This document shows positions 37,057 through 45,458 of a DNA stretch of 64,000 bases, piece by piece. The translations under genes and the position numbers were made by a program. How positions within the stretch are numbered: the first letter of the stretch is position 1; the number at the start of each line of letters is the position of its first letter. A model generated the notes under the pieces. That model had not been told where the DNA came from, searched no databases, and saw nothing but the letters and a program-made list of their open reading frames with translations. The DNA is from Candidatus Peregrinibacteria bacterium CG10_big_fil_rev_8_21_14_0_10_49_16 (GTDB lineage: Bacteria; Patescibacteriota; Gracilibacteria; Peribacterales; Peribacteraceae), in assembly GCA_002772605.1 (NCBI GenBank), contig PFDS01000040.1:14862-78861 (forward strand). The letters run 5' to 3'.

Positions 37057-38079
37057 ATGCCTACAACGAATGCTCCAACATCCATGAAGCAAAAACTTCT
37101 ACCTCAGGAAAAAGAGGATGATGCATGTGATCTCGAGACAGAGAAACAAGAACTCATTGATGATTTTTGCGCATACATGCGTCTGACATATAACGAGCTC
37201 CACCTCGCGTCCGCACAGCAAACAGAGGCATTACGTATGCCACTACTGAGTATGGAACTGAAGAAAGAGGTCATTGACCAGTGGAAACGGTTTCAAAAAC
37301 TCCTGGAAACACGACTGGTTCCCACCGCACTCGCTCTGCATTCGCGCATCGAAACCGTACTGGCACATCCGGCACTGAGTACGACGGAGCGGAAAATTCA
37401 TGCGGAGTTCTTACGCAGTAAGGATACTTCTTTTCAGGAGAAAGAGCAGTACGTGGCAACACTCGAACAACAGTTACTGCACACCACTCAGAACAAGGAA
37501 GAAGAGAAAACAGAGAAAAAAGAACACAAAAACAAGCAAAAGGAAGACAAACAGAACTCCACACAAGCAGACACGCCTGCTACAGAAGAAGATGAACACA
37601 AAATCGGAGAAGAAAAACACCTAGTAACGTCTGCACAACGGGGTGAAGAAAGAGCACAAAAAACCCATACACCCTCCCTTCGTTTACAAGATGCCCTCTG
37701 TCAACTCCCTTCTTCACTGCGACATTTCTACAAACAGGGAGTGACCAATGGACAATTTAGAAAAATAGAAAAACTCATGAAACGCCGTACTGATGCGCAC
37801 CATCAGGGGAAACTGAGCTCTGAACAAGAACTCCATGAGTTCAAAAGAAGAAAAACGACGACGACAAACATAATCTTCACTGATCGTGATACCATTGCAC
37901 ATGCATCCTTAGACACGGTGAACGCACTTGCAGAGCGCACGGAAACAGAAGATGCGGTCTTCATACCACAGGGGATTGCCTACCAGACACACGCGACCAT
38001 TGTGACGCATGTGCACACATCTATCGCACAGGCTATTGATGAACAGGAAAAGGCATCACACAATACAATGGTAATTTGA
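37057..38079 (+). CDS. hypothetical K/E-rich protein
   Basis: 340 aa with a central low-complexity KEEK stretch. No family recognised. Confidence 0.45.
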   Translation: MPTTNAPTSMKQKLLPQEKEDDACDLETEKQELIDDFCAYMRLTYNELHLASAQQTEALRMPLLSMELKKEVIDQWKRFQKLLETRLVPTALALHSRIETVLAHPALSTTERKIHAEFLRSKDTSFQEKEQYVATLEQQLLHTTQNKEEEKTEKKEHKNKQKEDKQNSTQADTPATEEDEHKIGEEKHLVTSAQRGEERAQKTHTPSLRLQDALCQLPSSLRHFYKQGVTNGQFRKIEKLMKRRTDAHHQGKLSSEQELHEFKRRKTTTTNIIFTDRDTIAHASLDTVNALAERTETEDAVFIPQGIAYQTHATIVTHVHTSIAQAIDEQEKASHNTMVI

Positions 38080-38113
38080 CAAATACAGGAAAGATTCGCC
38101 ATACTATACCTCC

Positions 38114-38713
38114 ATGGCAGCCAAAAACATTCCCACATACATAACGGCGATAGTCTCAGCAGGGATACTCACCGCCTGTACAACCGCGTCATCCAACTCC
38201 ACATCTGCTATCGATCTTCACAATCCTCTGGTCGCGAAGAGGTACTACGATGAACTCGTGGAAAACATGGTACTTTTGACTCTCAACAAGGATCCTCTAC
38301 TGGAAGATTCTGCAGCAAACCGTCTCATTGAAAGAACACGACGTGAGGGACTAGAACAAGCGCGCACAGCAAGTATGCTGCAACTTGAAGGCAAAGCCGC
38401 CACGCTGTTGCCTATGGAAGTGTTTTTGCAAGGCAGAACTCTCTTAACAAAAACACACCTCTTCTTTTCGCCGGACACGGAAATCACTCCCGGTATCGAC
38501 CTGCACGTATTGCTCACGACAGTCGTTGATCCGCGCGATGCAGACTTTCCCGATGCAACTGCAATGGACCTCGGACTTTTACAGAATCCGTACGGAGCCC
38601 AAACATACGAACTTGCAGAACCTATCGAAGATCTTGATCTGATTCGATCAGTCGTTATCTGGGACACTGCCCTGAGTCGCCTCCACGGCTTTGGACAGTT
38701 GCATCTACCGTAA
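38114..38713 (+). CDS. lipoprotein, possibly DM13-domain
   Basis: Signal peptide with lipobox ILTAC. The C-terminal pattern GKAATLLP...LFFSPD..ITPGIDLHVLL resembles DM13, tentatively. Confidence 0.5.
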   Translation: MAAKNIPTYITAIVSAGILTACTTASSNSTSAIDLHNPLVAKRYYDELVENMVLLTLNKDPLLEDSAANRLIERTRREGLEQARTASMLQLEGKAATLLPMEVFLQGRTLLTKTHLFFSPDTEITPGIDLHVLLTTVVDPRDADFPDATAMDLGLLQNPYGAQTYELAEPIEDLDLIRSVVIWDTALSRLHGFGQLHLP

Positions 38714-38716
38714 ATA

Positions 38717-39322
38717 TCATAGCTTCTGTTGTACCTGTGCCAGCGCTTCCTCAATGGCAGCAGAGATGGCTTCGATCGTACTCTCTACCTTCTGTCCATT
38801 GACAAAGAATGTAGGAGTACCTTTTACGTCTACTTCCTGCCCTTCCGCATGGTCCATCATCACCACATCTTTTTTGATGTGAGACTTCATACAACGTCCA
38901 AAGTGATCCATATCTAACCCAAGCTCCTCCGCCCATGCAAAGATCGTTTCACGATTCATTTCCGGCTGGCGCTCAAAGGCAATATCTACGAATTCCCAAA
39001 AATGCGACGTGTCCTGATCCGCTGCACACTCTGCTGCTTCAGCAGCCACGAGAGCATGCGGATGAATGGCACGCAGCGGGAAATGTTTAAACTCGTAGCG
39101 AATCGTATTGCCGTACTTTTCCAAAAGCGGTGCAACAACTTTTGAGTGTGCTGCACGACAAGCAGGACATTGTAAATCTCCAAATTCGTGCACAACAACA
39201 ACTGCATTCGCATTGGTATCAGGATGAGGACCTTTGCGTGATTCAGCTGAAATACCCGTCGTATCCGTACAGGCAACAAGAAGGGCAATGATCGCAAGAG
39301 GAAGAACATGTGTATACTTCAT
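38717..39322 (-). CDS. DsbA-family thiol:disulfide oxidoreductase lipoprotein
   Basis: Start at 39322, lipobox LVAC, active site FGDLQCPACRAAH. Confidence 0.75.
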   Translation of the reverse strand: MKYTHVLPLAIIALLVACTDTTGISAESRKGPHPDTNANAVVVVHEFGDLQCPACRAAHSKVVAPLLEKYGNTIRYEFKHFPLRAIHPHALVAAEAAECAADQDTSHFWEFVDIAFERQPEMNRETIFAWAEELGLDMDHFGRCMKSHIKKDVVMMDHAEGQEVDVKGTPTFFVNGQKVESTIEAISAAIEEALAQVQQKL

Positions 39323-39339
39323 AATCCTAACCCTATCAT

Positions 39340-39361
39340 CCTTGCCTGCCGGCAGGCAAGG
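39340..39361. repeat. perfect 22-nt palindrome between divergent genes
   Basis: CCTTGCCTGCC|GGCAGGCAAGG. Related to the TGCCGACAGGCAGG core of the element at 18164-18216. Confidence 0.9.
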
Positions 39362-39387
39362 TAACAACTACTACCCGCACCCTACAC

Positions 39388-40788
39388 ATGTCTCTCTATC
39401 GTAAGTACCGCCCTCAAACCCTCGCAGAAGTTATTGGACAACCACATATTACTGAAACACTGCAGTGTGCAGTGGAACAGGACCGCATTGCGCATGCGTA
39501 CCTCTTTGCCGGTACACGAGGCACAGGAAAGACATCTATCGCACGCATACTTGCAAAGATTCTCCTCATTCGACACATAGAAGATGCCGCAAAAAAAGAA
39601 CACATTCTCACGAGCCTCCGAAACGGAACCATGGTCGACCTGCTGGAAATCGACGCAGCGAGCAACCGCGGTATTGATGACATACGAGACATTATAGAAA
39701 AAATCCAGTTTCCTCCCATTATGGGGAACGCAAAGGTCTACATCATCGATGAAGTGCATATGCTCACCAAGGAAGCGTTCAATGCCCTTCTGAAAACATT
39801 GGAGGAACCTCCATCGCACGCCTACTTCCTGCTTGCAACAACAGAACTTTGGAAAATCCCCGACACCATTCAGTCCCGCTGCCAGCGCTTCGCATTCAAC
39901 AAACTGAAGGAGGAAGATATAATCTCGCAGTTATCGCATATTGCTACCCAGGAAGAGCTCTCTTGTGACGAAACCGCACTCAGGGCAATAGCCGTACATG
40001 CCAATGGCGGCATGCGAGATGCCATCACTCTTCTAGACCAACTGCGGTCAGAAAAACATATTACGGAAGACATGGTGCAAAAGCGTTTAGGGACAGGAGA
40101 GCACACTGACGCACAACACATGGTGGACATTCTCGATACAGGAGACAGTCAAGCCATCATCAATCACATGCACACCATGGAGCAGGCAGCGCGCCCCATG
40201 GAACACCTTCTCCGTGATGTCTTGACGGTGCTACGCAAACAGCTTCATGCAGAAACAGAGCAGGGTAAAGACTCTCACACAACTCTCCAGCGCATAGGTA
40301 CACTGCTCTCCACACTTCGTGCCGTCCGCACATCACCCCTCCCTACACTCACAGTCGAAACGGCGTTTCTGTCGCTCTGCAAAGCACAAGTACACACTTC
40401 TCCACTAACCGCACCTGTGCAACCTGCGCAGAAACAACGTAAACAAGCACAACAAGCAGCACCTATTCAACAATCTAGCATCTGTTCCCTGGCAGAAATT
40501 CAGAAACATTGGGAGCACATAGTACACAAGATTTCTCCTGCCTCTGTACGAATGTCACTCAAAAATGGTCAACTGACCTCCTTGAAAAACAATGTGCTTA
40601 CCATCACCTTTTCCTCAGCATTTCATAAAGAAAAATCCTCTTCTGTAGAGGCAGTACACACTCTTCAAACACTCCTGCAAAACGGGCTCTCCCATCCAAT
40701 ACAAGTGCAATGCATCCTTCAGGAGACCGCTACACCGGATAAAGAAGCCGTAGTGGACCTGGTAGAGGCTGCAACAGAAGTTTTCTAA
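39388..40788 (+). CDS. dnaX: DNA polymerase III subunit gamma/tau
   Basis: LYRKYRPQTLAEVIGQ, GTRGTGKTS (Walker A), IIDEVHML. Confidence 0.9.
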   Translation: MSLYRKYRPQTLAEVIGQPHITETLQCAVEQDRIAHAYLFAGTRGTGKTSIARILAKILLIRHIEDAAKKEHILTSLRNGTMVDLLEIDAASNRGIDDIRDIIEKIQFPPIMGNAKVYIIDEVHMLTKEAFNALLKTLEEPPSHAYFLLATTELWKIPDTIQSRCQRFAFNKLKEEDIISQLSHIATQEELSCDETALRAIAVHANGGMRDAITLLDQLRSEKHITEDMVQKRLGTGEHTDAQHMVDILDTGDSQAIINHMHTMEQAARPMEHLLRDVLTVLRKQLHAETEQGKDSHTTLQRIGTLLSTLRAVRTSPLPTLTVETAFLSLCKAQVHTSPLTAPVQPAQKQRKQAQQAAPIQQSSICSLAEIQKHWEHIVHKISPASVRMSLKNGQLTSLKNNVLTITFSSAFHKEKSSSVEAVHTLQTLLQNGLSHPIQVQCILQETATPDKEAVVDLVEAATEVF

Positions 40789-40793
40789 ACCAT

Positions 40794-41312
40794 ATGTGTC
40801 ACACTGAGCCGGTAAAAGTGCAAGAACAAAAATCACGGTTGCGCCAACGCATGCAAAACCGTATTCAACGTATGACACGGGAAGAATACACACAGGAAAG
40901 CCTCTCTGTCTGTGAACAACTTCGATGCCTTCTTCCACAACATGCGTGTGCCATTGCCGCATTTACTCCCTTCTCTACAGAGCCAGATATCACGCCGCTG
41001 CTTCACGAACTTCAGCAACAACACTTCACCGTATACTTTCCGCAGTGGAACAACGGCGATCTACGGTTTTCCGCAGGAGACAAACCATTGAATCCACAGC
41101 TCCTGACGCATGCTCTCGTTCCCGGACGTGCATTTGATGCAAGCAATAGGCGTCTCGGTCGCGGACAGGGGCACTACGATCGATGGATACGAAAACAACG
41201 GTTGGCAAACCCACAGACACAATTCATCGGCATCGCCTTCTCTTGCCAGATTCTTTCAGAAGTTCCCTGTGAAGACCATGACCAAATCATTGATCGAGTG
41301 ATTCATGGTTGA
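40794..41312 (+). CDS. 5-formyltetrahydrofolate cyclo-ligase
   Basis: RRLGRGQGHYDRW motif. The start is uncertain because the first codons coincide with the REP-like element. Confidence 0.75.
   Translation: MCHTEPVKVQEQKSRLRQRMQNRIQRMTREEYTQESLSVCEQLRCLLPQHACAIAAFTPFSTEPDITPLLHELQQQHFTVYFPQWNNGDLRFSAGDKPLNPQLLTHALVPGRAFDASNRRLGRGQGHYDRWIRKQRLANPQTQFIGIAFSCQILSEVPCEDHDQIIDRVIHG
40795..40821. repeat. REP-like element (GTCAYMCTGAGCC family)
   Basis: TGTGTCACACTGAGCC is identical over 16 nt to 51870-51885. It ends in AAAGTGC. Confidence 0.7.
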
Positions 41313-41342
41313 TCTTCTTGCACACTCCTCTACGCTCCCACT

Positions 41343-42689
41343 ATGATTCCGGATACAACAGTCAATCCACTGTCACCCGCGGGCACACGATTCTCCGCAC
41401 TCACACGTACAGACCCCGATGTACTGGCAACTATTCTTGGCGAAGAACGGCGAGAAAGAGAAGGTGTGGAACTCATAGCATCGGAAAACTATGTCTCTGG
41501 GGCAGTTTTGGAGGCATTAGGCAGCGTTTTCACGAATAAATACTCAGAAGGATACCCTGGAAAACGGTACTACGGCGGACAGGAATTTACCGATGCAGTA
41601 GAAACACTTGCCATTGCACGCGCAAAAACGCTGTTTGATTGCGACCATGCAAACGTACAACCTTCATCCGGTGCAGGTGCAAATATTGCGGTGTATCACG
41701 CATGGTTGGAACCAGGAGATACCGTTCTTGGTATGGATCTCACACATGGCGGACACCTCACACATGGCGCTCCCGTAACCCATATGGCTAAACTCTTCAA
41801 TTTCGTGCGGTATAAAATGAAGGACATTGAAACTGGAGAAATTGACTACGATGCATTAAGAGAGATGGCAAAACAGCAAAAACCCAAAATCATCCTTGCA
41901 GGATTTTCCGCGTACCCCCGAGAACTGAACTACCGTGCATTCAAGGAAATTGCTGATGAGGTAGGCGCTATTGCCATGGCAGACATGGCACATATTTCAG
42001 GGTTGATTGCGGCAGGCGTTGCCCATAATCCCTTTGATGACGGATTCAATATTATGACTACAACAACACACAAAACCCTGCGCGGTCCGCGAGGCGCAAT
42101 GATTCTCTCCAAAGGAACCGTAGGAAATCCACTGAAAGCCCCGGAAAAAACAATCGATAATCTCCCAACACTCATTGACCGCAGCGTGTTTCCAGGACTC
42201 CAAGGCGGACCACACATGCACCAAACGGCCGCAATTGCCGTGGCACTGGGTGAGGCAATGAAACCCGAATTTCGGGAGTACGGAAAACAAGTACTCAAGA
42301 ATGCAAAACATCTGGCTGCTTTCCTCATGAACAATGGGTGCAAGCTCGTCACAAATGGTACGGATAATCACCTCATGGTGCTTGACTGCATCCAATCATT
42401 TGGTCTTGATGGCAAAGAGGTGGAACACATCCTGGATTTTGTAGGCATCACCACCAGCAAGAGCACAATACCGGATGATCCCAACCCCCCATTCAAACCA
42501 TCAGGTCTTCGTCTGGGAACTCCTGCCGTCACTACGCGCGGCATGAAAGAGAAGGACATGGAAATTCTCGGCATGTTTATGCTCCAAGCCATCACTCATA
42601 AAGCAGACGAGACGCACCGGCTAAAAATACAAGAAGAAGTAAAAACTTTCTGTAGTCAATTCCCAGTCCCGGGAATTACCGGCCGATAG
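41343..42689 (+). CDS. glyA: serine hydroxymethyltransferase
   Basis: ELIASENYVS, TTTTHKTLRGPRG (PLP lysine). Confidence 0.92.
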   Translation: MIPDTTVNPLSPAGTRFSALTRTDPDVLATILGEERREREGVELIASENYVSGAVLEALGSVFTNKYSEGYPGKRYYGGQEFTDAVETLAIARAKTLFDCDHANVQPSSGAGANIAVYHAWLEPGDTVLGMDLTHGGHLTHGAPVTHMAKLFNFVRYKMKDIETGEIDYDALREMAKQQKPKIILAGFSAYPRELNYRAFKEIADEVGAIAMADMAHISGLIAAGVAHNPFDDGFNIMTTTTHKTLRGPRGAMILSKGTVGNPLKAPEKTIDNLPTLIDRSVFPGLQGGPHMHQTAAIAVALGEAMKPEFREYGKQVLKNAKHLAAFLMNNGCKLVTNGTDNHLMVLDCIQSFGLDGKEVEHILDFVGITTSKSTIPDDPNPPFKPSGLRLGTPAVTTRGMKEKDMEILGMFMLQAITHKADETHRLKIQEEVKTFCSQFPVPGITGR

Positions 42690-42869
42690 AAGACAGCAAG
42701 AGAAAGCCACGTATCGAACAAAAATTGTATCCAAACAATATTCGCTATAAGAAGGCAATGGGAAGATGTTGCACAAAAAAAATGCACAGACTACGATGAC
42801 ATGATTTATTTGATCGAAGAGTCGTTCAAATGAATCATTGATCCTTAAGCGCCTGCGACTTAGCGCCCA

Positions 42870-43360
42870 CAAAACAAACACACACATGCCAGTCCCTATG
42901 GACTGGCACCCTCCGGACCCAGACCACTCTGGTCTGGGTCCAAACCTTTCGCTCCTTCCCATCATCAACATTCAAACAGAGAGAAGACTGGTCATGCGTG
43001 CTGATGCACTCGTTCTTCCCGGCCGATCTTCTGCGTCTCTTCCGCCAATACTGGGTACAAGAAACGTGTTTGTAGGGTGCTGCGTGACCACTCTTCTCTC
43101 TGCTCTGCGATGCTACGTACCATACATATTGCCTTGAGGATGCAGTACGGTACGCACAAATACTTCCCAGTGTTCCCCATGGCCTTTAAGTAGCCTTGTT
43201 CGGTGAACCGGTACGGGAACTTCGCCCGGTCACGAGGAGAAACAAGCGACCAGAGCACTGCAGAGAGAGGAGGAATCCTCACCTCAATTTCCTTCGCTTT
43301 AGCGGCTCAGTAGCCCATAGCGCTACCGATAGCCTGAAGGAAATCAACACACATACAAAA
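42870..43360. ncRNA. candidate large structured non-coding RNA (family and strand unknown)
   Basis: About 700 nt lie between convergent genes with no credible ORF. Helices: 42888-42907 (8 bp), 42915-42941 (12 bp), 42977-42994 pairing with 43085-43102 (17 of 18 bp), 43116-43154 and 43287-43344. Confidence 0.3.
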
Positions 43361-43386
43361 AGGCCCCGTAAGAGGCCTTTTTGTTA
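43361..43386. terminator. bidirectional terminator-like hairpin
   Basis: AAAAAGGCC-N8-GGCCTTTTT, immediately downstream of the minus-strand gene ending at 43399. Confidence 0.55.
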
Positions 43387-43398
43387 TAAAGAAAATTT

Positions 43399-44874
43399 TT
43401 ATAGCGTTTCCTGTAGCCTCTTTAAGAAAGCAATCTTGCGCTGCAAAAAGTGGTATTTCGCTGTATTCCAGTATCCCGCCATTTCAGCCGTCATTTCGCT
43501 TGCATAACCAAGTGCTTCATAGACTCCCGGAGCTGCAGCTGCCAGTAAGAGTTGTCCTTCACAGTTTTGTAGTATTTCACTAACCTTCTGCTTATACATT
43601 GCCAAAAATCGTTCTTGAGCAGATGCTACTTTTTCATCAGAAAAAACTCCTGCTTCCTCCGCACGCTTCAAAAGCCTTTTAAACGCTGGAACACGATCTT
43701 CAGCATTACCAGGCACGACATTCATGATAGCAACATCAGGATCGCCTTTTCCTAATCCTCGTACAAATTCAGAAAATGCTGTGGCAGCAGATGCTTGTTG
43801 TAATGCTTCTTTTCGGCATGTTTCGCGAATTTCCTCTGAGATATTCCCAGATGAGTCTAATGTAAATAGCACCTCCGTATAGTTTTCGATATTGGTCATC
43901 ATTGTGCTTTCCTTGCCTTCAATACTTTCCTCCAATGTTTTATTCATCATTGCCAAATTGTACTTCACCCAGGACTCGCCCCATCCAGAACTATTATGAC
44001 CAAACTGTCCTTGGATAGCATCACTGAGATGTACAACAACAGCCGCGGAGTCATCCGGAAGACGAACCATGTAGTAGTCCGGCTCAGCACCAAAGGCACG
44101 AAAAGCACCTAACCGTGCCATCTTCTCTGGAAACTCTCCTCGACCATGTCCGGCAGCTGTCCCAGCGATAACTTCTGCATACCCTTCAGGAAGGGTAATA
44201 CTCTGATTCCCTATTTTTATATCAGAAAAAATAGAAGTATTGCCAAGCTCGGCCGCTGTACGTGCGCTTAGTACTTCATGGTTAAATAAAGAAAAAAAGT
44301 TATCGCCTTTATCTATACCAAAAGAACGTAAATTACCCTCACTGTCTGCTCGACGTGCATACTTCGCCATATCATGCACTGCTGCAGCAAGAATTGTGCG
44401 TAATTTATCGGACTTTGATAAATTCGTACCCTGTACAAGTTTCATCGCTAAACCAATAACTTCCTTATGATGCTTTATTTCTGTCTCCAAACGAGCAGGA
44501 GAAAAGGCTGCTGGATCGTTTTTACGCATGAGAGCTTCTGATACACCAAGAATACGAGCGGTCAATTCATTCACTAATGTATCGAAGTCCTCATCGCTCA
44601 ACTCATCAATTTGAGCTTCAGCACGAGCAATATCGACACGCTCGTTTCTTGTTGCTACAGCATCTGCATACCTATTCACCAATCCTGCCATTGCTGAACG
44701 ATCTTTTTCAAACTCCGTTTGTGCAACTCCGTCTATCTGGTCTACCACAGACTCACAGAGCTTTTTCCGTTCTGCACTAAGTGCATGTATCTGCTCCACT
44801 CGCAGAAAAGCATCTTCTGGCACAGGTACTCTTTGTGAGTCCAAGTTATCAAATTCCCTATTTTCAATATCCAT
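43399..44874 (-). CDS. hypothetical protein with a possible HD-domain core
   Basis: H..(n)..HD pattern: IKHHKEV...AAAVHDMAKY...FNHEV. The start is moved to the ATG at 44874 to avoid overlap with divergent dgkA. Confidence 0.5.
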   Translation of the reverse strand: MDIENREFDNLDSQRVPVPEDAFLRVEQIHALSAERKKLCESVVDQIDGVAQTEFEKDRSAMAGLVNRYADAVATRNERVDIARAEAQIDELSDEDFDTLVNELTARILGVSEALMRKNDPAAFSPARLETEIKHHKEVIGLAMKLVQGTNLSKSDKLRTILAAAVHDMAKYARRADSEGNLRSFGIDKGDNFFSLFNHEVLSARTAAELGNTSIFSDIKIGNQSITLPEGYAEVIAGTAAGHGRGEFPEKMARLGAFRAFGAEPDYYMVRLPDDSAAVVVHLSDAIQGQFGHNSSGWGESWVKYNLAMMNKTLEESIEGKESTMMTNIENYTEVLFTLDSSGNISEEIRETCRKEALQQASAATAFSEFVRGLGKGDPDVAIMNVVPGNAEDRVPAFKRLLKRAEEAGVFSDEKVASAQERFLAMYKQKVSEILQNCEGQLLLAAAAPGVYEALGYASEMTAEMAGYWNTAKYHFLQRKIAFLKRLQETL

Positions 44875-44946
44875 AAGCAAAATTGGTATCTCTGTAAAAG
44901 CTCCTTCCAGTATAGCAAATAATGATTTTGCTGTACACTGCGCCTC

Positions 44947-45321
44947 ATGCGATCTGCAGTAGCTAGTTTTAATCATGCATGGCAGGGCATCTGTCACGCA
45001 CTTGCCACCGAACGTAATTTACAACTGTTCTTAGGTACATACATCCTCATCCTCATTCTGGGATACATGGTCACACTCCAATCCTGGGAATGGACTGCAC
45101 TCATGCTCTCCGGAGGAGGGTTTCTTGTAACAGAACTCCTGAACACTGCATTGGAAAGACTCGTTGATGCCGTCGATGACATTCGCAGAAAAGAAGACAT
45201 CACGCTTCCCCGCCACGCCAAACTCAAAGCAACTAAAGATGTCGCTTCCAGTGCATCTCTCGTGGCATTGGGGATAACAGGAATAGTGATTTTGATGATA
45301 TTTGTGCCAAGGATGTTCTAG
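44947..45321 (+). CDS. dgkA: diacylglycerol/undecaprenol kinase (DgkA family)
   Basis: 124 aa, three TM segments, motifs ERNLQLF and ELLNTALERLVDAVD. Confidence 0.8.
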   Translation: MRSAVASFNHAWQGICHALATERNLQLFLGTYILILILGYMVTLQSWEWTALMLSGGGFLVTELLNTALERLVDAVDDIRRKEDITLPRHAKLKATKDVASSASLVALGITGIVILMIFVPRMF

Positions 45322-45322
45322 A

Positions 45323-45455
45323 GAAGCTCTGAAAAACGGCCATCCATTCGTGGCAAACCGTTTTGTGTCATGGTGAGGTGCCCTGAAACGTAGTGGAAGG
45401 GCCACGAATCCATACACAAAACGTTTTGCACCTCAGGATGACACGTTTCAGAGCT
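45323..45455. repeat. complex inverted-repeat element between convergent genes
   Basis: Outer arms are AAGCTCTGAAA..ACG and CGTTTCAGAGCTT. Inner segments ATTCGTGGC/GCCACGAAT, AAACCGTTTTGTGT/ACACAAAACGTTTT and TGAGGTGC/GCACCTCA are arranged non-nested. Confidence 0.7.
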
Positions 45456-45458
45456 TCC

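Noticed and set aside
42880-42960. The minus-strand sequence GGAAGGAGCGAAAGGTTTGGACC...GGAGGGTGCCAGTCCATAGGGACTGGCA superficially resembles the RNase P RNA CR-I / P8 region (GAGGAAAGTCCGGGC...AGGGTGCCAGGTAACGCCTGG).
   Set aside because: With CR-I here, the RNA would have to run about 300 nt further into the AT-rich spacer and the glyA 3-prime end. No ACAGAA..GGCTTA (CR-V) or other conserved RNase P blocks are present there. No tmRNA-type or SRP-type signatures were found either.
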